Made by a program: the position numbers and the translations under genes. The notes beneath the pieces are model-generated. The model was not told the origin of the DNA and did not search any database. It worked only from the letters and a program-made list of their open reading frames with translations. Shown here one piece after another: positions 42,205 to 51,525 of a stretch of 64,000 nucleotides of DNA (its first letter is position 1; every line of letters starts with the position of its first letter). The DNA comes from an uncultured Pseudomonadota bacterium (GTDB lineage: Bacteria; Oederibacteriota; Muellerivitia; Muellerivitales; Muellerivitaceae), in assembly GCA_963843375.1 (NCBI GenBank), contig CAWJKT010000011.1, positions 160,001-224,000 of the forward strand. The letters run 5' to 3'.

Positions 42205-43377
42205 TTATAAAGCAGGACGATTAAGGGTAACGTCGCCCGAAGGCGGTGGCGGCTCCGGTTTTTCTTCGGCATGAGTGACGATGATAGTTTTGCCTTTTAA
42301 CATCGGAAAAAAGAAGCGGTTGGAAAGACGGGGAGTATAAAGATAGTTCGACATACCTTTGCCCTGGAGGGTTTTATTTCCGTCGCTCCATTGAATCTGG
42401 TCCTCAAATATCAGCGAAACCGGGCCGTCCCCCAGGATTTGATGATGGTTGATACCCAAAGTTTGGGCGTCGGTGAACCCCAGGCTTTTTTGATAAGGAA
42501 GCCAGAAAAAATTCCGGCGGTTTTTTGAGAGTTCGAAGGCCGCCTGCCAGGTTTGAATCCCGGAGGGGCCCGCGGTCAGGAAAAATCCTTCCGTATTCTC
42601 TTCCCCTTCGGTTGGAATTTGTACCGAATAAACCAGGGTTTCATCGCCCAAAAAAGCCCGGCCCCAATGCCAGGCCTTCACGAAGCGGTCCAAGGGAACA
42701 GATCCAAAATGGTGGTCGTGATACCCTTTTCCTACAAATGGCTGTTCTTTTTCCGATTCTCCCTGAGCATCCACCCATTGCAGAGTCCCCTCCACGTGAC
42801 AAATAGGCGCAGCCAAGACCCAGCTATGAGTGGAATGAATTTCATTCGCAGGAAGAGAGGGAAATTGGGTCAAAAGCGGGGTGAAAAAGAGCCGGGCACG
42901 CAGGAGTTTTTTGCCCCCTTTTACCGGGGCCTGTACAGTTACGGTATAGGATGGGGGATCACCCCTTTCGTCCCAGTTAAAACGGTTAGGCCCCAGTAAA
43001 ACGGCGCCTTGTTTATCCGAAGCTTTCAGAAATGTACCGGAGAACTCCTGGAGACTCTCGCCTACCAAGTTGCCTTTATGGAAAATACGAAAAGTGACCC
43101 CGCAATAGTCCAAAGGATTCGGCTGGCTCACCCCAGATGGATTCGGCGCTTTTTCAGGGGGGGCCGAGTAAGCGACCGTCAGGGGTGATTTTGTTTTTTC
43201 CCAATAGGTTTTCAGGCTATCTTGGTAATAGGCGGAAAAAAGGTTGCCCGCGAAAAATTGGATAGAGAAAGAGTAGCCCGTTTTTTCGTCCGTGGCGTCG
43301 AAGTGCCACCATTCGTAGGCTCCTGGCGCCTTTTGGGGGCGGTGGAAATCCTGGTTCACTCCCGTTAAGAGGTTCAT
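42205..43377 (-). CDS. CrtC-like carotenoid 1,2-hydratase / lipocalin-like protein
   Basis: PGAYEWWHFDA, HSWVLAAP, GKGYHDHHFG, WHWGRA. Confidence 0.7.
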   Translation of the reverse strand: MNLLTGVNQDFHRPQKAPGAYEWWHFDATDEKTGYSFSIQFFAGNLFSAYYQDSLKTYWEKTKSPLTVAYSAPPEKAPNPSGVSQPNPLDYCGVTFRIFHKGNLVGESLQEFSGTFLKASDKQGAVLLGPNRFNWDERGDPPSYTVTVQAPVKGGKKLLRARLFFTPLLTQFPSLPANEIHSTHSWVLAAPICHVEGTLQWVDAQGESEKEQPFVGKGYHDHHFGSVPLDRFVKAWHWGRAFLGDETLVYSVQIPTEGEENTEGFFLTAGPSGIQTWQAAFELSKNRRNFFWLPYQKSLGFTDAQTLGINHHQILGDGPVSLIFEDQIQWSDGNKTLQGKGMSNYLYTPRLSNRFFFPMLKGKTIIVTHAEEKPEPPPPSGDVTLNRPAL

Positions 43378-44520
43378 GTGATCGTTCTCGTAATCTTTCT
43401 CGCAAGCTATTGGTTTTTATTTGCGACTTACATGCTTTATTGTGCGTGGGACAACACCCGGCTATTCGTAAAGCCGCCGCTTTCCGATCCCGCCCGAAAA
43501 AAGTGGCCTACAGTTTCCATCCTCATTCCAGCCCGCAATGAGGAAAGCCGAATAGAGCCTTGCATCTTGGGAATGATTAAGCAGGACTATCCTTCCTGCG
43601 AAATCCTAGTGCTCGATGACCGTTCCTCGGACCGGACGTTCAATGTAGTGCAGGCTTATGCCAAGCGCAATCCTCGTTTGAAGGTTTTAAGAGGCAAGGA
43701 ATTGCCAAGCGGATGGTTGGGGAAGCCCTGGGCCTGCTATCAGCTTTCCCGAAAGGCCAAGGGTAAGTGGCTTTTTTTCACTGACGCGGATACCTGGCAT
43801 TTGCCCGATATGTTGAAGCGTACCGTCCAAATGGCCGAAGAAAGGGAGGCCGACGTATTAACCCTTTTCACACGGCAAGTCACGAAAACTTGGATGGAAA
43901 TACTGGTGATTCCCGTGATGGTATACAGCCTTTTGGCCTTTCTGCCCGCGGGATGGTCTCTAAGGAAAAATAGCCGATTCAACCGTTTCGCCGGCGTTAG
44001 CGGCCAATTCGTTTTTATCCAGCGAAAGGTTTATAAAGCCTTGGGTGGACACGAGATGGTCAAGAATGAGATCGTTGAGGACCTGAATTTCGGTAAGCAG
44101 GTCGTTCGAAAAGGCTATCGTTTGGTTTATGGTGACGGGTCGGATTTTTCCTTTTGCCGCATGTACACCAATGCGGGGGAAGTTTGGGAGGGATTTTCCA
44201 AAAATTTCTTCCCGGCTGTCGCTTTTTCGCCGGTTTATTTCATGAACGCATTTGTGGTTTTGATTTTGGACGGTGTACTGCCCTTCATCCTGGTCGCATT
44301 AGGGCCTTCCCTTCCATTGTTTTGGCCTGGGTTGGTAATGGCTTTGGTGTCTTTAGGTGTACGATGGCTCCAGGCCGTCAGGTATAACTACCATAAAGGC
44401 TCGGTTTTCTTTCATCCGTTGGGATGCTTGTTATTCGCTTTAATCGGATTGAATTCCATACGATGGTTTTGGTTTGGAGTTGGGCATTGGAAGGGAAGAG
44501 CCTTAAAACAAAAGATTTAA
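43378..44520 (+). CDS. GT2 glycosyltransferase (CrtQ/CruC-like carotenoid glycosyltransferase)
   Basis: SILIPARNEE, VLDDRSSD, GWLGKPWAC, FTDADT, GGHE..K.EIVED, CRMY...EVWEGFSKN. Confidence 0.85.
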   Translation: MIVLVIFLASYWFLFATYMLYCAWDNTRLFVKPPLSDPARKKWPTVSILIPARNEESRIEPCILGMIKQDYPSCEILVLDDRSSDRTFNVVQAYAKRNPRLKVLRGKELPSGWLGKPWACYQLSRKAKGKWLFFTDADTWHLPDMLKRTVQMAEEREADVLTLFTRQVTKTWMEILVIPVMVYSLLAFLPAGWSLRKNSRFNRFAGVSGQFVFIQRKVYKALGGHEMVKNEIVEDLNFGKQVVRKGYRLVYGDGSDFSFCRMYTNAGEVWEGFSKNFFPAVAFSPVYFMNAFVVLILDGVLPFILVALGPSLPLFWPGLVMALVSLGVRWLQAVRYNYHKGSVFFHPLGCLLFALIGLNSIRWFWFGVGHWKGRALKQKI

Positions 44521-44542
44521 CCGAGAATATGCCAATCCGAAG

Positions 44543-44980
44543 CTAAATCTTTGGGGGCGGGGTTTGCTTTTTTTTGGCGATTTCTTGTTGAACCAGTGAA
44601 ATCCATTCTTTTACGTCCTTCTTGGGTTGGGGCGGAGTGGGAATCAAGGGTCGAGGCGGGGTAGTCGGACCGGCGCCGGCCGTTCTCAACTTCTCCTTAG
44701 TTTTATCCACGTAGGTTTTTTGAAGATCTTCCAAAACTTCACGTAAAACTTTCTTTTCTTCGATGTTCAGGTTGCCTGACGTTTTTTTAATGAGTGAACC
44801 GATCATGTTGATCGTTATTCGGGCGCGGGGAAGGTTGAGATCCTTGTCCTTGTAATAGGGGTGCACCAATTCGCCTAAATCAATCTTGGCCGAAGAAGCC
44901 AGCGTGACGATCAGGTCGATAAAGTAATAATCGGTGGTTCCCCACTCGCGATTGTCTTTATATATTTGAGAATCTGCCAT
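44543..44980 (-). CDS. DUF1844 domain protein
   Basis: LGELVHP...NLPRARITI.MI..L..KT.GNL..EE...L...L..LQ..YV. Confidence 0.75.
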   Translation of the reverse strand: MADSQIYKDNREWGTTDYYFIDLIVTLASSAKIDLGELVHPYYKDKDLNLPRARITINMIGSLIKKTSGNLNIEEKKVLREVLEDLQKTYVDKTKEKLRTAGAGPTTPPRPLIPTPPQPKKDVKEWISLVQQEIAKKKQTPPPKI

Positions 44981-44988
44981 GGTTTTAC

Positions 44989-45624
44989 CTAATCCCGTTC
45001 CCCGCTAATCATCCGCACCACGCGAATCCAAGCGTCCCATTCTGGCCCCAAGGATTCTTGAGAACGATGATAGTCTTGTTTATTCAGGAATTCATTTAAA
45101 TCTTGCAATAGGCAATCCAAGGCTTTTTTGCCTATTTCATGAAGTCTTTTCCTTTGAGAGGAATTCATTTTTTGGACGAGCGTCTTTTCTAAATGGGGGA
45201 GACAAAGAATGCCGTTCTCTCCAAATGCGATTCTTAGCTTTTCCGAACTTGACCAGCAAAGGGCGAATTCTTGGACGCAGGATCGATCCCGGTTTCTTTC
45301 TGACTCGCAAATGGGGCAGGGTTTGGACTTGTTTGATTTCCAGAAACGGGACGGGGTGGAAATTTCCTTCAAACCTTTTTCCAATAAACTTCCATAGATG
45401 ACGGCCATCCCCAGGGCTTGACGCTGGTGAACTCCCCACCAAGCGTGGCGGCGACAGAAACCCTTCGACTCGAAAAGGCGCCCCCGGGTGGAAGGATCGG
45501 TTACACATTCATCCAATAATGATTTCAGGTGTTCGTAAGCATAAGAGTGAACTAGAAAGCAAAGCGGACAACGATCAGGTTGGAGGATTTCGAGGTAGCG
45601 GTCCGGATCGGCGAAGGAGGGCAT
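44989..45624 (-). CDS. DUF6062-like Zn-binding protein
   Basis: Two CPxC...(F/L)CxxH repeats. Confidence 0.75.
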   Translation of the reverse strand: MPSFADPDRYLEILQPDRCPLCFLVHSYAYEHLKSLLDECVTDPSTRGRLFESKGFCRRHAWWGVHQRQALGMAVIYGSLLEKGLKEISTPSRFWKSNKSKPCPICESERNRDRSCVQEFALCWSSSEKLRIAFGENGILCLPHLEKTLVQKMNSSQRKRLHEIGKKALDCLLQDLNEFLNKQDYHRSQESLGPEWDAWIRVVRMISGERD

Positions 45625-45648
45625 GAAATGGTTAGGAGCCCGGGAAAA

Positions 45649-46185
45649 TCAGAAGATTTTTTTCGACCAAAAAGAGGGTTTGAGATCAGGCTCATCCTGA
45701 ATATGTTCTTTCAGCGCCGTGAAACCACTAACAGGTGAAAGGCCTCCCGAGGGAGGCATGGGCTGAGTTGGAGTATTAATTCTTTCCTGATTTTTGGACC
45801 AGAAATACCAACCAATTGCTCCTATTGCAAGAAGGACCAACAGCCACAAGAACCAATGGAAATGGCCTCTCGTTTGAACCGGAGTAGTTGTATCCATCGA
45901 AACTTGTGGAGTTGTTTGGGCGGCCATAGGTGAGGAAGAAGGGGTACCTACAATGACGGGGGTTTGGATACCGGGAACGGATTTAGCAATCTTTGCGGCG
46001 TGATGCACTCTGGAGCTTTTAGGTTTTTCGCCAGAGACGGTAGCCAAAGGTGTTTCTTCAGGATTTAAAACTGTCTCCGGAGCTTTTTCGCTTTTGACGT
46101 TATTTTTGCTGCCACAGGCAGGAAGGAAAGCCACGGCCATTGCCAAGAGAATTAAAAAAACCGCGTTTCGTTTGTAGGTGTTCAA
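45649..46185 (-). CDS. Hypothetical lipoprotein with C-terminal TM helix
   Basis: LPAC lipobox-like site, low-complexity linker, TM helix. Confidence 0.6.
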   Translation of the reverse strand: MNTYKRNAVFLILLAMAVAFLPACGSKNNVKSEKAPETVLNPEETPLATVSGEKPKSSRVHHAAKIAKSVPGIQTPVIVGTPSSSPMAAQTTPQVSMDTTTPVQTRGHFHWFLWLLVLLAIGAIGWYFWSKNQERINTPTQPMPPSGGLSPVSGFTALKEHIQDEPDLKPSFWSKKIF

Positions 46186-46345
46186 AGGTGTCTCCGGGAT
46201 TTAGGTTGCTTCCTCACCACTTATTTTACCTGAGCTTAGACGGTCTTGAAAGGAAAAGAGAGGAACAGCCGTAAAATGAGTCAAGTTTAATGCACAGAAC
46301 TATAACTAGTGGTAGAGGTTAGTCTTGCGATCACCACAAAATACA

Positions 46346-46437
46346 TGGCGGAGAGGGAGGGATTCGAACCCTCGAAAGGATGTTACTCCTTTAACGGTTT
46401 AGCAAACCGTCGCCTTCAGCCGCTCGGCCACCTCTCC
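46346..46437 (-). tRNA. tRNA-Ser (GCT)
   Basis: GGAGAGGTGGCCGAGCGGCTGAAGGCG-ACGGT-TTGCTAA-ACCGT, long variable arm, GGTTCGAATCC, CTCTCCGCCA. Confidence 0.97.
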
Positions 46438-46548
46438 ACGTATTCAGCGTGATTTGAAAGTTAAAAATTTTGAGTTGAGGCTATGCTTGATTTTCGTTCA
46501 ATAAAACGAAAATGCCCGGATCTTAAAATTTTTATTTGTTTTAGTAAT

Positions 46549-46635
46549 TGGCGGAGGGTGCAGGACTCGAACCTGCAAGGGGTTTCCCCCGGTGGATTTC
46601 AAGTCCACTGCCTTACCAATTAGGACTAACCCTCC
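46549..46635 (-). tRNA. tRNA-Ser (TGA)
   Basis: GGAGGGTTAGTCCTAATTGGTAAGGCA-GTGGA-CTTGAAA-TCCAC, variable arm, GGTTCGAGTCC, CCCTCCGCCA. Confidence 0.97.
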
Positions 46636-46671
46636 ATCTCCATTAAAACCTACGAAAACCGCGCCTCCAAA

Positions 46672-47775
46672 CTACACACCGGCCATTTTGTTTTCCGGAA
46701 ATCGCTTCTTTGTCATAACCGTGTCATTGAACTGTCTGACACGCCTCAAGGCCTCTTTGCGGTCCTCCCGGTCGATCCTATCGTACCGGCGGAACACCGC
46801 GTGGGTCTTGTGGCCCGAAATGGACATAATGGTCGAGTCGCTTACTCCTGCCTTCCTGAAGTTCGTAACCGCGCAGTGCCGCAGATCATGGAAATGAAAG
46901 TCCGAGATATTAGCACGCTGGCACGCCCTGAGGAAAGCCGTTTTTGGATCTTTCAACCCGTGGCCCCGGAAGTTGAAGACGTAAGGACTGCCCAAAACCT
47001 TGGGCGTCCTCCTGAGAAGGTCGATTAAACCCTCGTCCAGGGGGATTTCCCGCGCTTCCTGGGTCTTCGTGTCCTCGGACTTCAAGGTGATGACGCCTTC
47101 CTTCAAGTCCACCTGGTCCCACTTGAGCCCCGTAATCTCGCCCCGCCTCATGCCGGTGAAATAAGCCAACTGCACGACGGGCCGGTAATGGGGAGAGCAG
47201 TTCTCCAAAAGCCTAAGGTATTCCTCCGGGGTCAGCGTCCGGTTCCGGCAATTTTCCCGGAACATCCTGACGCCATCCACAGGATTCCGGTCGATCTTCC
47301 TGTCCAGCACCGCCCTGCGGGCGATGGTTTTCAGGCAGGCAATCTCCCGGTTCAGGGAAGCGTTTTTCAAACTCTTTCCCTGTTCCTCGGCTTTCTTCCT
47401 CCGCTCCTTCAAAAAATCCTCGACCATGCTGGGGGTCAGGCTTGCCAGGGGCCGCCCTCCGAAATAGACCTTCAAGGCCTTCACGGAGAAAAAATCCCTT
47501 CGGTAGCTCTTCTTCCGGGACTCCGAAAAGGCCAGGAACGCGTCCGCCGCCTCGTCGAAAGTCACCTGTGGTTTCTCGCTGGGCAGGAACTCTCCCGCCA
47601 CGATTTCCTTGGTATGCTCGGCCAAAATCCTCTTGGCCTGGGCCGCCGGAATCTCGCCCAACCTCACCCTTTTGCGCTTCCTCAATCCTCCTTCCATAAT
47701 GAAGTAATCCAGGAAATACCCCTTCGCATCCTTGCGGAGATGTTGGGGCAACCCGTGAACATTAGGCTTGCTCAT
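46672..47775 (-). CDS. Tyrosine recombinase / phage-type integrase
   Basis: TGMRRGEI (R), TKT (K), FHDLRH (HxxR), SGHKT (H), RRY (Y). Confidence 0.96.
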   Translation of the reverse strand: MSKPNVHGLPQHLRKDAKGYFLDYFIMEGGLRKRKRVRLGEIPAAQAKRILAEHTKEIVAGEFLPSEKPQVTFDEAADAFLAFSESRKKSYRRDFFSVKALKVYFGGRPLASLTPSMVEDFLKERRKKAEEQGKSLKNASLNREIACLKTIARRAVLDRKIDRNPVDGVRMFRENCRNRTLTPEEYLRLLENCSPHYRPVVQLAYFTGMRRGEITGLKWDQVDLKEGVITLKSEDTKTQEAREIPLDEGLIDLLRRTPKVLGSPYVFNFRGHGLKDPKTAFLRACQRANISDFHFHDLRHCAVTNFRKAGVSDSTIMSISGHKTHAVFRRYDRIDREDRKEALRRVRQFNDTVMTKKRFPENKMAGV

Positions 47776-48029
47776 AACTGCCTCCTAATGTTGCTCTCAG
47801 CACTGGACATTGTATCAGCCGACAATGCCCCTTGGGAAAGGGGGTTTCTGAAAAGCCTCTCAAACTCCGAGTACCAAACCCTCGGATATTTGCCCATTCG
47901 TACGAAGGGCAAGACGCCGGTCTGTCGCCAATAACGGACGGTATTGACCGATACCTGGGCTTTCTCGGCCACCTCCTGGTCGGTCATTAAATGGTTCCGC
48001 CTTTCGCCGTTCTTCCTGCGCTCCGTCAT
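47772..48029 (-). CDS. Excisionase-like HTH protein
   Basis: LMTDQEVAEKAQVSVNTVRYWRQTGVLPFVRMGKYPR (MerR/HTH_17-like); overlaps the integrase start. Confidence 0.85.
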   Translation of the reverse strand: MTERRKNGERRNHLMTDQEVAEKAQVSVNTVRYWRQTGVLPFVRMGKYPRVWYSEFERLFRNPLSQGALSADTMSSAESNIRRQL

Positions 48030-48412
48030 GGTTTACCTCCGCTTATAAGGTTTAAAAAATAACAGGCCCCAAAGGGGCCACCTTCGGGGAAAGGTGTGGA
48101 AAACCCCGCGTCCAAAACCTGTTTCATTACCAACAGGTGATTCGGGGGGTTTTCCACGGTGTTGGTTTTGCCGTTGCCTTTGACTTTGCCTTTCACCTTA
48201 ATCCTTAAATCCTTTAATCCTTCTTCCTTCGCGCCCGCGCCCACGGGGGTTCGATGGGTCAAGAGGCCAGACCCCACTACCGGTTTCCTGGTCATCATTA
48301 CTGATCCAGGGGGAGTGGGGTCTGGCGTCGCAGGCCAAGCGAACCCCCGTCTTTTGCGGGCGTTTCCATGTTTTTCCGCCATAAGCTGTTTATGGTTCCG
48401 GTTACGGTTCAT
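48026..48412 (-). CDS. Basic hypothetical protein
   Basis: ATGA-type overlaps with both neighbours. Confidence 0.5.
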   Translation of the reverse strand: MNRNRNHKQLMAEKHGNARKRRGFAWPATPDPTPPGSVMMTRKPVVGSGLLTHRTPVGAGAKEEGLKDLRIKVKGKVKGNGKTNTVENPPNHLLVMKQVLDAGFSTPFPEGGPFGACYFLNLISGGKP

Positions 48413-49278
48413 GACGCCACCTCGCTTGGCTTTTCCCCGGCGGGGGCCGTCCTCAGGATGGGATCCTTCACGAAGGGAAGGTATTCCCATTCCAGGTTCA
48501 CCCAAGGCACCCGCCTAAAAGGCAGGCTTGCCGCCTTCTCGAAAAAGGTAAAAGCCCAAAGGGTCCGGTTCCGGGGGTCGTGTTTCAGGAAGGTCGAAAG
48601 CCCCTGCACCAGCCTTACGGCCTGGGCCTTGTTCTGGCTGACGATCAACCGGCAGGCCCCCGGGAAGTCCCGGTCCAGGTTCAGGACCAAGGCCGTCATT
48701 TGGTCCCGGTTGTAGGGGGAGTGTTCGTATTCCAGGACGAAGGCGTAACGTTGGCCTTCCAGAGCGGCCTGAAAGTACCCGTCCGGGGTCCGGCGGTTCA
48801 GCCTTTGAAGCTTGGTCCCGGCCAAGTCCCATCCCCGCCCTTCCTCCAAGGCCTTCTTCCACGACATCTTGAGGCCACACCGCATCTCGTAGTCGGAAAG
48901 CCAAACCAAGTCCTCCAAGGCCTTGTCCTCCTCCCAATGGATTCGCATTTGAAGCACCCGCTTGTCGTGCTCCCTCTCAAAGGGGTTGATATGGGGGGAG
49001 CGGATTTCCTTGGAGGTTAGGATTCGGGCAAGATCCGATAGGCTCTTCAAGGCGGGCCGGGACAGGTAATAGAAGGTGTCGTCGTTCGGGAGGTTTTGGG
49101 TTTTGAGGAGCCATCCCCGGCTGACCAAGCCCCGCAGGTGGACACAGGCGGTCGTATAGCATTGGGCAGGGTGGAACTTCCGGTGAAAGAGCCGGGTGGT
49201 GATGAACTTGTTGGAATGGGTGTAAGCCAGGATGTCCAGGTCCCTCGGTTCGAGGGCGGTCTCAGGCCGCATTTTCAT
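48409..49278 (-). CDS. Replication-relaxation (Replic_Relax / MOB_C-like) relaxase
   Basis: N-terminal wHTH (EPRDLDIL...LRGLVSRGWL), EHD, PDG...VLEYEHS PD-(D/E)xK-like core; directly downstream of a coupling protein. Confidence 0.72.
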   Translation of the reverse strand: MKMRPETALEPRDLDILAYTHSNKFITTRLFHRKFHPAQCYTTACVHLRGLVSRGWLLKTQNLPNDDTFYYLSRPALKSLSDLARILTSKEIRSPHINPFEREHDKRVLQMRIHWEEDKALEDLVWLSDYEMRCGLKMSWKKALEEGRGWDLAGTKLQRLNRRTPDGYFQAALEGQRYAFVLEYEHSPYNRDQMTALVLNLDRDFPGACRLIVSQNKAQAVRLVQGLSTFLKHDPRNRTLWAFTFFEKAASLPFRRVPWVNLEWEYLPFVKDPILRTAPAGEKPSEVAS

Positions 49279-51058
49279 CCCCCATGGGGCTTCCAGGGTT
49301 CTTGGGGCCCGGTTCCGGGCCGCCGCCGCTTTCTCCTACCAGCTCGGGGATTGAGCTTTCATTGGTTCCATTGCGCCGGGGCCGGTGGGCTACCCCGTTT
49401 TGGGTCGTAAAGTAGTCCCAAGGCGGGTCCGCCGGCCGCAGGGAGGTTTGGAAGACCTTGACGCCCGATTCGCCCACTACCTTGACGATGGCCTGGCCCA
49501 CCTTGAGTTCCTTGATGCGGTTGGGGTGGAAACGGAACTTCTCCACCGGAGGCTTGGAATAGCCGATCACATCCCCATTCGTCCCAAAGCTCTCCACCCG
49601 GTAATCCGGGTCCCGTTCGGTCCCGAATTGCCGGGCGAAGCCCTCCGCCGTGTCCGGGTCGTTCACCCGCAGGATGATCTTGTTGCTGGCCGTGTTCATC
49701 ACCTGTTCCAGGAATTCCTGGGAGACGCCCCTCAGGTCGCCCATGGACTGGTGGGCCAAGAAGAGGTTCACCTGGGCTTCCCGGCACTTGTTGATGAAGT
49801 CGATGAACTTGGGATAAGCCAGGTTGTAGAACTCGTCCAGGAAGACCCTAAAGGGCTTCTCCGGGACGGCCCGGTAGCGGTCGGCCAACTGCTCGGCCAG
49901 GTCCATCATGGCGAGGATGCAAAGGGGCTTGGCGTCCTCCGGGTAACGGGCGTAGTCCGGGGAGAAGAGGAAGATTTGCCCGTACCGGACGACCTCCGAC
50001 ATCTTGATATCGGGCTCCCGGACATTGAGCAGGTGGGACCACTCGCTGTTGCAGAACCTTTGGAGTTTGTTGATGAGCCCCGAAAGCTCCATGCGGCGGT
50101 CCTTGGGGGATTTGGAAAGCCACTGGTCGCGGAAATACCGGGCGTAATGGGTGTTGGGGTATTTCGCGCAAAACCAGGCGATGGTCCTAAAGGTTTCCAC
50201 TTCCTGGGTGGCCGTCAATAGGTCTTGGAAGGTGATGGTCTTGATCGCCAGTTTCAAAAGGCCGATCAGGTTGTGGAGGAAAACCTCGGCCAAATCCCGG
50301 TAGTAAGGTTCGGCGTTGTGCGAATCGTAATAGAGCGCGGCGAAAGCCCGGTTGGCAATGGCGTCCGGGTTGTCCCCGTAAAGGGAGTTGTAGGTGTGGG
50401 ACTTGAGGATGTCCACCAAGTTGAAATGGCGGACGAACCGGCCTGGGGCCTTAAAGGCGTAATAGGCCACATCCCGGAGCATGTTGGATTTGACGTCCAG
50501 GATGAAGCAACCCAAATCCTGCCGGATGGTTTGTTCGATGAAAGGCTTGATGACGAAATGGGTTTTCCCGGTGCCGGTCCCGCCGACGATCTGGACATTT
50601 TCGTGCAATGAGGCAGTAGGAATACCGACTTCTCCATAAGGGTCCAACACCAACGGGAATTTCCCATAGCTGGTTTTGGTTTTCTTGGTCGGCTTCCAAT
50701 AGAGGCCCCACATAGCCCCTCCGGTCAACAGAACCACTAGGAGAAGCCAGGGAAGGTTATAGGCGGGGAAAAATGGATTTAAAAAGGAAACCGCCGCCGA
50801 ATTGCAAACCGCCAGCTTGGTAGGGAGGAAGAGGTTGTTATTGTTCCGGTAAAGAAAGAGAACGGCGTAGGGGACAAGGAACAGCCACATCCACCAACCC
50901 CAAAAGTGATGGTTGGTGAAATCCGCGTCCGGAGTTGAACTCCCGATAAAATCCAGTGTCCAAAAAGGCATGGTGATATTGGCGAGGACAAGGATGTGAG
51001 GCATGAAGCTGGGATAAAAAATACACTTGTTCTGGTTATCTTGCGCTGATTCCGACAC
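49262..51058 (-). CDS. Type IV coupling protein (VirD4/TraD-like ATPase)
   Basis: N-terminal TM helices; GGTGTGKT Walker A, VFLDEF Walker B, LAHQSMGDL, NTASNKIILRVNDPDTAE, IKELKVGQA. Confidence 0.9.
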   Translation of the reverse strand: MSESAQDNQNKCIFYPSFMPHILVLANITMPFWTLDFIGSSTPDADFTNHHFWGWWMWLFLVPYAVLFLYRNNNNLFLPTKLAVCNSAAVSFLNPFFPAYNLPWLLLVVLLTGGAMWGLYWKPTKKTKTSYGKFPLVLDPYGEVGIPTASLHENVQIVGGTGTGKTHFVIKPFIEQTIRQDLGCFILDVKSNMLRDVAYYAFKAPGRFVRHFNLVDILKSHTYNSLYGDNPDAIANRAFAALYYDSHNAEPYYRDLAEVFLHNLIGLLKLAIKTITFQDLLTATQEVETFRTIAWFCAKYPNTHYARYFRDQWLSKSPKDRRMELSGLINKLQRFCNSEWSHLLNVREPDIKMSEVVRYGQIFLFSPDYARYPEDAKPLCILAMMDLAEQLADRYRAVPEKPFRVFLDEFYNLAYPKFIDFINKCREAQVNLFLAHQSMGDLRGVSQEFLEQVMNTASNKIILRVNDPDTAEGFARQFGTERDPDYRVESFGTNGDVIGYSKPPVEKFRFHPNRIKELKVGQAIVKVVGESGVKVFQTSLRPADPPWDYFTTQNGVAHRPRRNGTNESSIPELVGESGGGPEPGPKNPGSPMGDENAA

Positions 51059-51118
51059 ACCGCACCTGGCTTTCCGGAGACCGCCTCCGAGAATAAGCCT
51101 TGCGGTTTTGCGCCGGGC

Positions 51119-51361
51119 TTATTGCTTGGGCGGTTCTCTTTTTGGATCGGATACCCGTCTCTTCCCCGGAGGGAAAAAATAGGCTCTGAGGGCGGCTCTT
51201 AAAACGTCCGCCCTTTTAGTCTTTGGCTTTTTTACCTGTTCTGCTTTCGTCTTTTCGTTTATGGCTTCCAATAATTCAGAGGTAACGTGAAGCATGAGTC
51301 TTATCCCGCCTTCTCCTTCGAGTATTGGACGCCCACGGCCTTGTTTCTTTTTCATGGTCAT
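51119..51361 (-). CDS. Ribbon-helix-helix DNA-binding protein
   Basis: SD GAGGA; GRGRP then IRLMLHVTSELLEAINE...RADVLRAALRAY. Confidence 0.7.
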   Translation of the reverse strand: MTMKKKQGRGRPILEGEGGIRLMLHVTSELLEAINEKTKAEQVKKPKTKRADVLRAALRAYFFPPGKRRVSDPKREPPKQ

Positions 51362-51525
51362 ATCTATATTCCTCTTCGAAAAAATCGTCAATTTTAATCA
51401 ACAGATTAAAGTGTGACGTTTATTCTAAAAGACATTATTTGGAATTTGGAAATTAATTGGGTTTAAAAGGCGGGGTTAATTAAAAGGCATACTTTAAAAA
51501 AATAATTTTTTTAAATAAATAAAAA

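Noticed and set aside
46630..46642. CCCTCCATCTCCA on + resembles a tmRNA 3' end (possible ssrA-type att core)
   Set aside because: Only 13 nt, half of it is the tRNA acceptor stem, and the geometry does not fit a normal ssrA insertion; cannot be told from chance without the other boundary.
46592..46897. 101-aa ORF starting MDFKSTALP
   Set aside because: Translation of the tRNA-Ser antisense strand and integrase end.
47188..50611. Several long plus-strand ORFs (248, 278, 146, 128 aa)
   Set aside because: Antisense to integrase, relaxase and coupling protein in high-GC DNA.
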